64,000 nt of DNA. Origin: an uncultured bacterium. Lineage in GTDB: Bacteria > Verrucomicrobiota > Verrucomicrobiia > Verrucomicrobiales > DEV007. Below are positions 19,493 through 29,906 of the stretch, in pieces. A model generated the notes under the pieces. The model was not told the DNA's origin. It ran no database searches and worked only from the letters and a program-made list of their open reading frames with translations. Both the position numbers and the translations under genes were made by a program. Location: NCBI GenBank assembly GCA_963977015.1, contig CAXBMO010000015.1, positions 64,001 to 128,000 on the forward strand, given 5' to 3'. Position 1 is the stretch's first letter, and each line of letters starts with the position of its first letter.

Positions 19493-20743
19493 ATGGCACT
19501 GATCGTCCAGAAATACGGCGGCACCTCCGTTGGCACAGCGGAGCGCATCCGCAATGTGGCGCGACGCATCCTGGAAACCCAGAAAGCGGGCAACCAGGTC
19601 GTGGCCGTCGTTTCGGCAATGAGCGGCGAAACCAACCGAATGGTGGCATTGGCCGATGAAGTGAGCGGCGGCAATCCCACGGAACGCGAAGTCGATGTGC
19701 TTCTTGCGACCGGTGAACAGGCGAGCATCGCGTTGACGGCAATGGCGATCAACTCGATGGGCGGCAAAGCGGCTTCGATGACCGGTTCCCAAGCTGGAAT
19801 TTCAACCGATGGCGTTCACACCAAGGCGCGAATCGACACCATTAATCCCGTGCGCGTCCACGAGCTGCTCGAGAGCGGTCATATCGTGATTTTGGCGGGA
19901 TTTCAGGGAACGACGAGCGACGGACGCATCACCACGCTGGGCAGGGGAGGGTCCGACCTGACCGCAATTGCGATGGCCGCGGCAACCAAAGCGGATCTCT
20001 GCCAGATTTTCACGGACGTCGATGGCGTCTACACCTGCGACCCGCGCATCGTCAAAGATGCGACCAAACTCGATGAAATCGCCTACGATGAGTTGTTGGA
20101 AATGGCCAGCAGCGGCACCAAGGTGATGCAATCGCGATCGGTCGAGTTCGCGAAAAAGTATGGAGTGGTTTTCGAAGTTCGAAGCAGCCTCAACAACAAC
20201 CCCGGAACCCTTGTCAAAGAAGAAGATATGAGCATGGAAGCCGTCGTCATCCGCGGCGTCAGTCTGGAACGCGATCAGGCGAAAGTCACGATCAGCAACG
20301 TCAAAGACACGCCCGGCATCGCTACGAAAATCTTCGCCCCACTCGCTGAAGCCCAGCTGATCGTGGATATGATTGTGCAAAACGTCTCCACGACCAAGGA
20401 AAAGGGCGTGACCGACATTTCGTTCACCCTGAACAAGGCTGAACTCGCCAAAGCGGAAGCCGCCTTGGAACCACTCCTGGAGTCGCTCGGCGATGAAGTC
20501 GATGTTTTGGCAACGGACGGCATCGCGAAATTGAGCGTCGTGGGTATCGGCATGCGCTCACACTCCGGAGTCGCTTCCCAGATGTTCGACGCGCTGGCCA
20601 AGGCTGGAGTCAACATTCAGATGATCTCAACCTCAGAGATCAAAACCGCCGTGATCATTGACGAAGCGGACATCGAAAGAGCCGCCAACGTGGTTCACGA
20701 AGCGTTTGGCCTCTCCGGAAAACCGGTTGACGAAACGGCCTAG
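19493..20743 (+). CDS. lysC: Aspartate kinase
   Basis: MALIVQKYGGTSVG, TTLGRGGSD, TDVDGVYT.DP, two ACT domains (MISTSEIK). Confidence 0.96.
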   Translation: MALIVQKYGGTSVGTAERIRNVARRILETQKAGNQVVAVVSAMSGETNRMVALADEVSGGNPTEREVDVLLATGEQASIALTAMAINSMGGKAASMTGSQAGISTDGVHTKARIDTINPVRVHELLESGHIVILAGFQGTTSDGRITTLGRGGSDLTAIAMAAATKADLCQIFTDVDGVYTCDPRIVKDATKLDEIAYDELLEMASSGTKVMQSRSVEFAKKYGVVFEVRSSLNNNPGTLVKEEDMSMEAVVIRGVSLERDQAKVTISNVKDTPGIATKIFAPLAEAQLIVDMIVQNVSTTKEKGVTDISFTLNKAELAKAEAALEPLLESLGDEVDVLATDGIAKLSVVGIGMRSHSGVASQMFDALAKAGVNIQMISTSEIKTAVIIDEADIERAANVVHEAFGLSGKPVDETA

Positions 20744-20860
20744 GATTTTCACCAATCCGGCTTTGAACGTTCCCAAATCCCATTTGTCTGCTTTTTGCGC
20801 GGAAAGTCACGCTGCAGCACGTGATTTCGCCATCCTATCGCGCTCAAACTCCCCAATTTC

Positions 20861-23473
20861 ATGATGACATCCCGAACTCTCGTTTTCCTCGCCCTCCTGC
20901 CGCTATCACTCGCATTCGCGCAAAAAGGCGACCGCAAAGGTCACGTGATGACGCCTCCGCCTGAGGAATGGAACATCCCGTCACCGGTTTTGGAGCCTGC
21001 CGACGCGCTGAAGTCGTTCCAATTCGGCGAACCCGGATTCACCCTCGAGATCGTCGCAACCGAGCCGCTGATTCGCAATCCCGTCTGCATCACGTTTGAT
21101 GGCAACGGTCGCCCCTGGGTTTGTGAAATGCGTTCCTACATGCCGAACATCGATGGAACCGGCGAAGATGCCCGGCTCGGCCGAATCACCATTCTTGAAG
21201 ACACCGATGGAGACGGTCAGGCGGATGAAGCGAAGGTCTTTCTCGACAATCTGCTTTTGCCTCGCGCCCTTCAGTTCGTTGATGGCGGTATCCTTTGGGC
21301 CGATCAGGAGAAACTTTATTTTACGGAGCGCAACGGCGACGAGGCTGGCGAAACCACCGTGATCGATCCCGATTGGGCTCCCAGCGGCAATGTGGAGCAC
21401 AAATCAAACGGGCTGCTCTACGGCATGGACAACTGGCTTTACAACGCCAAGAGCGACATGCGATACCGCAAGGTCGATGGGGAATGGATCAAGGAAAAGA
21501 TCCAGTTCCGCGGACAATGGGGCATCTCGCAGGATGATTTTGGCCGCATTGTCACCAACACCAACTCGAACCTGTTGGCCATGGAAACCGTTCCGCCGGG
21601 CTACGTGAAGCGCAATCCCAATCACAGCTTTCAAACCAACACCGTCGCCAAGATGGACAACCGCGTCTACCCGATCCGCATCACCTGCGGCGTGAACCGC
21701 GGTTACATGAAAGGCACGTTGAACGAAAACGGCTTCCTCGCCAAGGCGACGGGCACCTGCGGGATGACGATCTATCGCGGCGACAATTTTCCTGAGGAAT
21801 ACCAGGGCAATGCCTTCATTCCCGAGCCATGCGGGCTGTTGGTGAAGCGGGCGATTCTTTCCGAAACCGATGGCAAAATTTCAGCGCGACCCGCCTATGA
21901 AGGCCGGGAATTTCTCGGAAGCCTGGATGAGCGGAACCGCTTCGTGAACAGCTACACGGCTCCTGACGGAACCCTCTACCTCGTCGATATCTACCACGGC
22001 ATCATCCAGCACAAGACCTACGTCACCAGCTATCTTCGCAAGCAGCTGGTTGAACGCGGGATCGACAAAAACAACAACGATCGCGGACGCATTTATCGCG
22101 TGCGCTGGAGCGAGAATCCCCGCAGCGAACTTCCAACCATGGAGGACGCCTCCAGCTCCGATCTCGTCGCTCACCTCGATCACCCCAATGGCTGGTGGCG
22201 CGATACCGCACAGCGGCTGATTGTTCAGCGTGGCGATGATGCCTGCGTCCCAGCCCTTCGCGCCTCCCTGCAAACCGCCGGACCGAAAGGCCAAATGCAT
22301 GCGTTGTGGACCTTGGAAGGCCTCGGGCAGCTTTCGATTTCCGATCTCGAAATCGCCGCTGGCAGCAGCGAACCCAAGTTGCTGGCGACCGTCGCTCGCG
22401 TCGCAGAAAGCTTTCAGAACACCGACGATGAAGCTGCCGCCGCCAAGGTGCTGGGTTCGATCGCGAGCCACTCACCGGGCCTGGAGGTCGATCGCTACCT
22501 CGCCGCCGCGCTGGCCACGTTTCAATCCTCCGGTCAGGCCGTCTCCCAGCAATTGCTGGCCGACATCCTCATGCACCACAACGGTGACGGCGATAGGCTA
22601 ATTCGCGACATGGCCATGAGTGGGCTTTCCGGCCGCGAACTGGAATTCGCCAAAATCGCGCTGCGCGATAATTTGGAAATCACGACCGATCTCGTCCGCG
22701 CAATCGTCAATTCCGGCAAACCGGAGCTTACCAAGCAACTCATCGCCTTGGTAACGGATGATTCCGTCGATCCCTCACGCCAATCCAAGCTGATTCATGA
22801 AATTGCCCGGAGCGCCGTTGCCAAGCGTAGTGCCGGAATTACCGCTGATTTGCTCGTCCTGGCTACGGAAGATTCCCGGCGCAAACCCATTCTCGATGGG
22901 ATGATTTCGGGTGGTAAAACCAAGGGGTTCAAGCAAATCGCCATGAACGCCGCCCTTCCGGAATTCCTCACCGACGTCGATTCGGCGGAGAACAAGCAAT
23001 ACGCCTCCGTCGTCAAGCTGTTCGACACGTCCGGTCAATCGGAGAAGAATTACATTCAAACCGCAGAGCAGAAGCGGCTCTACGCGCTTGGCAAAACGGA
23101 ATACGCCAAGCTCTGCATTGCCTGCCACCAGCCCCATGGCCAGGGCATGGCGCCACTGGCCCCACCGCTCGTCGATTCGGAATGGGTGACCGGACCGGAG
23201 CGCCGGTTGATCGCGATCACGATGGAAGGAATGATGGGACCGCTGACCGTGAACGGGACTCTCTATCAGGCGCCCGACATCCAGCCGGTCATGCCCGGAA
23301 TCCGGGTCAATCCCGAGATCAACGACGAGGAACTCGCCGCGATTCTCACCTACGTGCGCAACACCTGGGGCAATCACGCTCCCCCGGTTTCGGCCAAGGC
23401 CGTTGCCGAGTGGCGCAATGAGGAAAGCCCGCGTGCGCCGTTTACCGAGAAAGAGGCACGTTCGATCAAGTAG
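20861..23473 (+). CDS. PVC-type membrane-bound dehydrogenase / heme-binding protein
   Basis: Signal peptide, beta-propeller (DTDGDG), HEAT-like repeats, C-terminal CIACH. Confidence 0.8.
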   Translation: MMTSRTLVFLALLPLSLAFAQKGDRKGHVMTPPPEEWNIPSPVLEPADALKSFQFGEPGFTLEIVATEPLIRNPVCITFDGNGRPWVCEMRSYMPNIDGTGEDARLGRITILEDTDGDGQADEAKVFLDNLLLPRALQFVDGGILWADQEKLYFTERNGDEAGETTVIDPDWAPSGNVEHKSNGLLYGMDNWLYNAKSDMRYRKVDGEWIKEKIQFRGQWGISQDDFGRIVTNTNSNLLAMETVPPGYVKRNPNHSFQTNTVAKMDNRVYPIRITCGVNRGYMKGTLNENGFLAKATGTCGMTIYRGDNFPEEYQGNAFIPEPCGLLVKRAILSETDGKISARPAYEGREFLGSLDERNRFVNSYTAPDGTLYLVDIYHGIIQHKTYVTSYLRKQLVERGIDKNNNDRGRIYRVRWSENPRSELPTMEDASSSDLVAHLDHPNGWWRDTAQRLIVQRGDDACVPALRASLQTAGPKGQMHALWTLEGLGQLSISDLEIAAGSSEPKLLATVARVAESFQNTDDEAAAAKVLGSIASHSPGLEVDRYLAAALATFQSSGQAVSQQLLADILMHHNGDGDRLIRDMAMSGLSGRELEFAKIALRDNLEITTDLVRAIVNSGKPELTKQLIALVTDDSVDPSRQSKLIHEIARSAVAKRSAGITADLLVLATEDSRRKPILDGMISGGKTKGFKQIAMNAALPEFLTDVDSAENKQYASVVKLFDTSGQSEKNYIQTAEQKRLYALGKTEYAKLCIACHQPHGQGMAPLAPPLVDSEWVTGPERRLIAITMEGMMGPLTVNGTLYQAPDIQPVMPGIRVNPEINDEELAAILTYVRNTWGNHAPPVSAKAVAEWRNEESPRAPFTEKEARSIK

Positions 23474-23496
23474 CCTCCCAAGCGTGGACTGACTCC

Positions 23497-24150
23497 GTGA
23501 ATTCGAAACCCATGATCGAGCTTCGCGGAATCGGTCTCGATTTTGGGGAACGGTCCGTCCTCGACGATTTCAACCTTTCCATTTCGGAAGGCGAAAAGGT
23601 CGTGATTCGGGGAAAGTCCGGGACCGGCAAATCGTCGCTCCTGCGATTGGTGCTCGGCTTTGTCCAACCATCGAGAGGGGAGGTGAGCTATCGTGGCCAG
23701 CCGCTTTCGCCGGAAATCGCCTGGTCCCTGCGCCGCGAGGTCGCCTACGTGAATCAAGGCGTGGACCTGGAATCGGGAACGGTCGCAACCGCGCTTTCCG
23801 CCATCTGTCGGCTTCGCTCCTGCGATGCACCTCCCGAAACCGCCGCGATGAAGGAAGCGCTCGCCGTCTTCGAGTTCGACGCCTCACAGTTGTCCCAGAA
23901 AACTTCAGAGCTCTCCGGTGGCGAACAGCAGCGGATCGCCCTCGCGGCAGCCCTGCTCCTGCAACGGGAGATCGTCATTCTCGATGAACCAACCGCTTCC
24001 CTTGATGAGGGTCTCACCAACGTGGTCGCGCAGTATTTTCTGGAGACCTATCCCGGAACCACGTTGGTCGTGAGTCATGACGACGCCTGGTTCCAGCCAG
24101 AGCGCGCAACGATCGTGAACTTCGACACGCTTAAATCGATCGCCGCATGA
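23497..24150 (+). CDS. ABC transporter ATP-binding protein (FetA/YbbL-like)
   Basis: GKSGTGKS, LSGGEQQR, LDEPT; coupled to a FetB-like permease. Confidence 0.9.
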   Translation: MNSKPMIELRGIGLDFGERSVLDDFNLSISEGEKVVIRGKSGTGKSSLLRLVLGFVQPSRGEVSYRGQPLSPEIAWSLRREVAYVNQGVDLESGTVATALSAICRLRSCDAPPETAAMKEALAVFEFDASQLSQKTSELSGGEQQRIALAAALLLQREIVILDEPTASLDEGLTNVVAQYFLETYPGTTLVVSHDDAWFQPERATIVNFDTLKSIAA

Positions 24151-24938
24151 GTGGTGCCACCGACCTTTCCATCGGGTCGCTCGTCGCTGCGTTTGCCCTG
24201 CTTTCGATCCCGATCGCGTTCAGCATAACCTTGAAGCTGGGTATCGTTCGCGAATCCATCATCGCGTCGATCCGGATGGGGGTTCAGCTGTTCCTCGCCG
24301 GGCTCTATCTCACGTGGCTTTTCAAGATCAACAACCCGGCGCTCAACATCATCTGGATTCTCTTCATGATGCTGGTCGCCTCCCTCACCACGGTTCAGAA
24401 AAGCGATTTGCGTCCCCGCTACCTGCTCGGTCCGGTTTGCGTTGCCACGTTTGTCGCGACCATCGGCGTCGTTCTCTACTTCAACGGTTTCATCGCCCGG
24501 GTCGATCGCCTTTTTGAGGCCCGATACCTCGTTGTGATCGGAGGGATGGTGTTGGGAAACTCGCTTCACGGTAACATTGTCAGTTTGACCCATTTTTACA
24601 GCGCGCTCCGCGATCGCGAAGAACGCTTTCTCTACTTCCTCGGCAACGGCGCGACGCTGCAGGAAGCGGTTCGTCCCTTCTTTCGGGAATCGATGATTCG
24701 GGCGCTCAAACCGACCCTGGCGAGCATGGCAACAATCGGACTGGTCGCGCTTCCCGGCATGATGACCGGTCAAATGCTCGGGGGCTCCGATCCCCTCGTT
24801 GCGATCAAGTACCAGATCGCGATCATGCTCACCATTTTTTCATCGGTCACCGTGAGCACCGCTTTGGCGATCTACCTGAGCAGTCGTTCCGCCTTCGATC
24901 GCTACGGTATTTTGCGACCGAAGATCTTTCGCGATTGA
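24147..24938 (+). CDS. ABC transporter permease (FetB/YbbM, UPF0014)
   Basis: R...QL, GMVLGN, GLVALPGMMTGQML.G..P..A..YQI. Confidence 0.9.
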   Translation: MSGATDLSIGSLVAAFALLSIPIAFSITLKLGIVRESIIASIRMGVQLFLAGLYLTWLFKINNPALNIIWILFMMLVASLTTVQKSDLRPRYLLGPVCVATFVATIGVVLYFNGFIARVDRLFEARYLVVIGGMVLGNSLHGNIVSLTHFYSALRDREERFLYFLGNGATLQEAVRPFFRESMIRALKPTLASMATIGLVALPGMMTGQMLGGSDPLVAIKYQIAIMLTIFSSVTVSTALAIYLSSRSAFDRYGILRPKIFRD

Positions 24939-24944
24939 GTCGGC

Positions 24945-25712
24945 TCAATCCGCTTCCAAATCCTGCAACGCCGGAAATTCGTCTCGCCACGCCTGAAGTT
25001 TGGTCGCTGAAATGTCAGTCACAAGGACTCCTTCCTCTTCGCCGGCATCCGCAATGACTTCGCCCAGTTCATCGATCACCAACGAACGTCCGGGATAGTG
25101 ATAGGCCGGATCATCGCCGCAACGATTGACGCCAATCACCACGGCCAGGTTCTCAATCGCCCGAGCACGCAGCAGGGTCATCCAATGCTCAACGCGCGTC
25201 GCCGGCCAACTCGCAATGACCACAAAGAGATTGGCGCCTCGCTTGGTTCCCCGGCGGAAGAGTTCCGGAAATCGTAGGTCGTAGCAAATGAACGGGCACA
25301 CCGAAAAATCACCAACTGCGGAAACCAACAACTCGCGGCCCGAATCATAATGCTCGGTCTCGCCGGTGTAGCGAAAGCAGCGGTTCTTCTGATAACGGCC
25401 CGTGATTTCGCCGACGGGATTGACGATCGCGAGTTCGTTGCGACCACGGCCATTCTCACTGCGAAATACCAAGCCAGCGATAACCCAACTTTGATACCGG
25501 GTCGCCAATTCCTGCAGGAACTTCTCACTTGATGAAGGAGACGCTTCGGCGATTCGCTCCACATCCATGCTGAATCCGCTGGAGAACATCTCCGGCAGGA
25601 CAATCAACGCGCCCGGCAAGATCTCCTTTGCTTCGAGGAGCTTGCGAATCTTGCGGAAATTGCCCTCGCGGTCTTCCCAGAGAATGTCGTACTGGCAGGC
25701 GATGACTTGCAT
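24945..25712 (-). CDS. Carbon-nitrogen hydrolase (nitrilase family)
   Basis: LPEMF, Y.K, ICYDLRFPE, ARAIEN (E-K-C triad). Confidence 0.92.
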   Translation of the reverse strand: MQVIACQYDILWEDREGNFRKIRKLLEAKEILPGALIVLPEMFSSGFSMDVERIAEASPSSSEKFLQELATRYQSWVIAGLVFRSENGRGRNELAIVNPVGEITGRYQKNRCFRYTGETEHYDSGRELLVSAVGDFSVCPFICYDLRFPELFRRGTKRGANLFVVIASWPATRVEHWMTLLRARAIENLAVVIGVNRCGDDPAYHYPGRSLVIDELGEVIADAGEEEGVLVTDISATKLQAWRDEFPALQDLEAD

Positions 25713-25716
25713 CGCC

Positions 25717-27543
25717 CTAGGAAGAAAGGACCTTGCCGACCACGCTCACCAGCTCGTGAGGTTCGTAGGGCTTAGGTAACACATCCGCGAAGCCAAAATC
25801 GTGCGGCTGAGACATCGCCGGGTCGTCACTGTATCCGCTCGACACAATGCCACGGGCAGCCGGGTCAATCGCTTTGATCCGATTCATCGTCTCAATTCCG
25901 CCCATCCCACGTTCAATCGTGAGATCCATGATCAAGAGGTTGAACGGATCGCCGCTCGCTACAGCTTGTTGATAGGCTTCGATGGTTTGCTCGCCATCGC
26001 GGGTTTCGATCACCTCATAACCCGCTTGGCTAAGAGTGGCTTTGATCAACCGGCTGACCAATTCTTCGTCTTCAAGAACGAGAATTCGTCCGCTCCCGCC
26101 TGCCGCGGAATCTGAGGATGCGTTTGGAGTGCTCATGGTATGCTCTTCGGTAACAAGAGGCAGTCGCACCGTCGCGATGGTGCCTTCTGTGGGAGTTGAA
26201 ACGAGGTCGACAGAGCCGCCGTGGGCCTGGGCAATCGATTCGCAAACCGTGAGGCCCAACCCGCTGGCGTTCCGGTCGCCTCGCGTGGTGAAGAAAGGTT
26301 CAAATGCTTGATCCCTCACAGCAGGATCCAAGCCATGCCCAGAGTCAATGATCTCGAGAAGCAGCATCGTCTCCTCGATCTCGCCACGAAGAAAAATCGT
26401 GCCTTCGTTCATGGCCTGCTCCGCATTGAGCAACAAGTTCTCGATCAGTCGCCGAATTTGCTTCGGGTCGGCATGAATGATGGCATCCGGAAACCCGGAA
26501 ATCCATTCGTAACGCAGACCGCTGCGTTGATCGCGCTCCGCCACAATCATGGCAAGGAGGCCCTTCGCCGCAACCGGTCCCTTCACGGGAGCCCCGCCCC
26601 GGGCAAAGGTCATCAACTGCTGCACCAATCCCTGGGCTTTGAGCGTGGCGCCGGTCGCCAGTTCCAGCTCATAGAGCAACTCCGGATCGTCGATCACGCG
26701 ACCTTGCGCCATCGACAAATTCCCAAGCAAAATGGTTAAAAGATTGTTGAAGTCATGAGCAAACCCCCGGGCCAGGGAACTCAGCCCTTCCAGTTTCTGA
26801 TTCCGGCTTTCCAGTTTCGAACTCGCCTTTCGTTCCTGGAACACGGTCGCGATTCCGCTGAGACCTCCATCCGGATTTTCGAGCGGAACCGTCTCCACTT
26901 CGATTGCGATTTCTCGACCGTCTCGACGTTTCAACGCGGTTTTACCCACTCCCTGAAACACCTCACTGAGCGACTCGCCCGCCGCTTCATTCAAACTCCA
27001 TCCCGTCAGTTCTTCCGCCTGACGGTTTAAAAAAGCCACGTTTCCCGCCAGGTCCGACACGATCACGCCTTGCGACAGACTCGCGAGCGTTTGGTGCAGG
27101 GTGTGCGTCTTGAGCGGGGCGCCGGTGCAAGGCCGCCCCACATCCAACGCCGCATCGAGCGCAAGCTTCAACCCCTCTTCGTTCACCGGCCGGGTAATGT
27201 GGCCGCAGAGAAAGGGGACTTTGGTGAGCGAAAGATCCGTTCCCGCATCCGCCAGAAACACGATCGGAATTCCAAACCGTTCATGAATCCACGTTCCGGT
27301 GCGAATCGCACCACGCGATTGCGCATCAATCAGAACCAGGTCCGGCTGCAAGTCGTCGACCTTCTCCAGCGCTTCGCCGCCAGGACGCGTCAACGAGGGA
27401 ACGCTGTAACCCAACCCCACCAGCAGGGATTGCAATTCGCGTCCGGAGTCGCGCTGGTCTTGCACTAGCAAGATTCTGGACGCTGAAGCGATCCGTCTCA
27501 CAATCGGTAAGCTAGCTGATCGATAGGTCGTTGGCCACCGCAA
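25717..27543 (-). CDS. Hybrid sensor histidine kinase (REC-PAS-HisKA-HATPase-REC)
   Basis: AHDFNNLL, FEPFFTT, GLGL, C-terminal receiver IMDLT...SSGYS; start may be GTG 27501. Confidence 0.9.
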   Translation of the reverse strand: MRWPTTYRSASLPIVRRIASASRILLVQDQRDSGRELQSLLVGLGYSVPSLTRPGGEALEKVDDLQPDLVLIDAQSRGAIRTGTWIHERFGIPIVFLADAGTDLSLTKVPFLCGHITRPVNEEGLKLALDAALDVGRPCTGAPLKTHTLHQTLASLSQGVIVSDLAGNVAFLNRQAEELTGWSLNEAAGESLSEVFQGVGKTALKRRDGREIAIEVETVPLENPDGGLSGIATVFQERKASSKLESRNQKLEGLSSLARGFAHDFNNLLTILLGNLSMAQGRVIDDPELLYELELATGATLKAQGLVQQLMTFARGGAPVKGPVAAKGLLAMIVAERDQRSGLRYEWISGFPDAIIHADPKQIRRLIENLLLNAEQAMNEGTIFLRGEIEETMLLLEIIDSGHGLDPAVRDQAFEPFFTTRGDRNASGLGLTVCESIAQAHGGSVDLVSTPTEGTIATVRLPLVTEEHTMSTPNASSDSAAGGSGRILVLEDEELVSRLIKATLSQAGYEVIETRDGEQTIEAYQQAVASGDPFNLLIMDLTIERGMGGIETMNRIKAIDPAARGIVSSGYSDDPAMSQPHDFGFADVLPKPYEPHELVSVVGKVLSS

Positions 27544-27562
27544 ATCGCGATGGAACCAGAGG

Positions 27563-28525
27563 CTACCACTTGTTCGCCTGGATGAATTCGCCCTCGCCCG
27601 TGAGGAACGCGATCAGGTTGTTCGTTGCCTTGGAGGCTTGGCGCACGACGCTTTCATAGGTGCGGGAACCAATGTGGGAAGTGACGACGCAGTTGGGAGC
27701 GGTGAGCAACGGATGATCCGACGGTGGCGGCTCCTCGTCGAGCACGTCGGTTCCGTACCCACCAATTTTGCCGTCTTCCAACGCCTTGGCCATGTCCTTC
27801 GCCACGACCAGCTCCCCGCGCGCGCAGTTGAGAACCACCGCATCATCCTTCATCTCGGCAATCTTCGCGGCGTTGATCATGTCGCGCGTCTTGTCGTCGA
27901 GAAAGCAATGGAGCGAAATGACATCGGCCTGATGCAACACCTCATCCATCGAATCACAGCGCGTGATTCCGTGTTCTTCGGCAAATGCTTCATCCCAGTA
28001 GATGTCATAAGCGATCACGGGCATGCCAAAGGCTTTGGCGCGAATCGCGACTTCCTTGCCAATGCGTCCCAATCCGATGATTCCCATGGTTCGACCCATG
28101 ATTTCATGACCGGTGACCCGTTTCCACTCGCCCTGGCGCGCGGCCGCACCAACCGTCACCAGGTGCTTGGAGAGACAGAGCAGAAGGCCGAAGGTGTGCT
28201 CGGCCACCGTGGTGTGGTTCACTCCCGGAGTGAACAAGACCGGCAACTTCTTACTCGTGGCATATTCGACATCGATCTTGTCGAGCCCGATTCCGTATTT
28301 GGAGATGACCTTGAGCCGGGGAGCCGATTTCTCGATCACGGCCTGGGTGATGGCGTCGTCTCCACAGAGAAAGGCATCAAACTCGCCCGCCAGTTCCAGC
28401 ATCTTCGCTTCGGGCAACGGTCCACGCTCGCGAACGATTTCCCAACCCTGGCTTTCGAGCAGGTCGTGATGAGGGCCGGGAGTGTCTTGATACGAAGTGG
28501 TGGTTAATAGGATTCGGGTTGTCAT
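27563..28525 (-). CDS. D-isomer 2-hydroxyacid dehydrogenase (phosphoglycerate dehydrogenase family)
   Basis: GIIGLGRIG, LNCARG, DV...EP, SHIG. Confidence 0.9.
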   Translation of the reverse strand: MTTRILLTTTSYQDTPGPHHDLLESQGWEIVRERGPLPEAKMLELAGEFDAFLCGDDAITQAVIEKSAPRLKVISKYGIGLDKIDVEYATSKKLPVLFTPGVNHTTVAEHTFGLLLCLSKHLVTVGAAARQGEWKRVTGHEIMGRTMGIIGLGRIGKEVAIRAKAFGMPVIAYDIYWDEAFAEEHGITRCDSMDEVLHQADVISLHCFLDDKTRDMINAAKIAEMKDDAVVLNCARGELVVAKDMAKALEDGKIGGYGTDVLDEEPPPSDHPLLTAPNCVVTSHIGSRTYESVVRQASKATNNLIAFLTGEGEFIQANKW

Positions 28526-28576
28526 GGGCTGGCGGAAGACTTAGCGATGGGGAGCACGTTTGCAACCCCGCATAAT

Positions 28577-28840
28577 ATGGCGAATCCCTCGAATTCCGAC
28601 TCAAATTCCAGCATGGACGCTGGTATTCAGCCCCTCGATGCCCTGCTCACGAAGCTGGAGCTCAGTTCGCACGATCTGGTGGCGGCATCGACCGAGCAAA
28701 TCACCCACAAAATGGTGACCAAGGGGCGAAAAGGCCGAAAACTGACCGCCAACCTCCAGGGCAAGATCACTCGAGCCCTCAGCGCGGCGGCCAATCAGCA
28801 ATTTGAGCCGGGCGAGCTCTTCAATTACGACGGCCGATGA
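28577..28840 (+). CDS. Small hypothetical protein
   Basis: Compact ORF, ATGA-coupled to the downstream oxidoreductase. Confidence 0.7.
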   Translation: MANPSNSDSNSSMDAGIQPLDALLTKLELSSHDLVAASTEQITHKMVTKGRKGRKLTANLQGKITRALSAAANQQFEPGELFNYDGR

Positions 28841-29835
28841 GGGAGGTTGATTACCTCGTAATCGGGCAGGGAATCGCCGGAACGCTGTTTGCGTGGCAGG
28901 CGCTCGAACGCGGAAAACGCGTCTTGGTCATCGATCGCGAGGAAGCCGTGACCTGCTCGCGCGTCGCCGCCGGAATCATCAACCCCATCACCGGAAGCCG
29001 TCTCGCCAAATCCTGGCGCCTGGATGAGCTTTGGCCAGCGGCGACCGCGTTTTACGCGACTCACGGCGCGGAATTTTTCCAACCTCGCCACGTGCTTCGC
29101 CTTCTCCACGATCCCGAGCAAATCTCGCGCTGGAGCAAACGCCGTTCTGATCCGGAATATCAAGCGCTCTGCCAACCTGGCAAACTCGTAGTGGATCCGG
29201 AAAAGATTCAGCCCCATGCCGACGCCTTTGAAACGACAATTGGAGGCTGGCTGAATTTGCCGGATTTTCTCGACCACGCCAAACGCCACTTCCACGACCA
29301 AAACGCCTTTCAGTGCGGCGAGTCCGTTCCCCCCGACGTTCAGGCGCGCCACACGATCTGGTGCCAGGGCCATGAATCGGCGAAATCCGGGGTGTTCGAT
29401 TGGGTCCCGATCCGGGCCGGGAAAGGACAGATTCTCGACCTCACCATTCCCAGGTTGGAAGAAACCCGGATCCTGAATCGCCGCAAATGGCTGCTCCCGC
29501 TCGATGGAGACCGCTACCGGGCCGGGGCCACATTTGAATGGGATGAAGCGGATGTCAGCCCAACGGCGGAAGGCCGCGCCGAAGTCGAGTCCGCCCTTCG
29601 CCAAACCATTCGGCTTCCGTTCGAAGTGACGGGGCACCAAGCCGCGTTTCGCCCCATGGCCCAACAAGGTCGCCCCATTCTCGGTCGCCATCCCGCGCGT
29701 CCCGAGCACATCATCTTCAACGGCCTTGGCTCAAAAGGTGTCCTGCTGGCTCCGTTTTTCGCGAACCACCTGCTCGAACATCTCGAAACCGGATCGCCGA
29801 TTGATCCCGAAGTCGACGTTCGCCGTTTTTGGTAG
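28837..29835 (+). CDS. FAD-dependent oxidoreductase (DAO family)
   Basis: VIGQGIAG, SRVAAG, KGQIL, RP...GRP, NGLGSKG. Confidence 0.9.
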   Translation: MREVDYLVIGQGIAGTLFAWQALERGKRVLVIDREEAVTCSRVAAGIINPITGSRLAKSWRLDELWPAATAFYATHGAEFFQPRHVLRLLHDPEQISRWSKRRSDPEYQALCQPGKLVVDPEKIQPHADAFETTIGGWLNLPDFLDHAKRHFHDQNAFQCGESVPPDVQARHTIWCQGHESAKSGVFDWVPIRAGKGQILDLTIPRLEETRILNRRKWLLPLDGDRYRAGATFEWDEADVSPTAEGRAEVESALRQTIRLPFEVTGHQAAFRPMAQQGRPILGRHPARPEHIIFNGLGSKGVLLAPFFANHLLEHLETGSPIDPEVDVRRFW

Positions 29836-29906
29836 GATGGATCGCTGATCCATCACCAATGGCTTCGTTTCTCAGGCAATGCAGACGGATCGGCGATCCA
29901 TCCTAC
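29832..29906. repeat. GTAG-type REP doublet (inverted pair)
   Basis: GTAGGATGGATCGCTGATCCATC (29832-29854) and inverted GACGGATCGGCGATCCATCCTAC (29884-29906), each internally palindromic. Confidence 0.8.
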
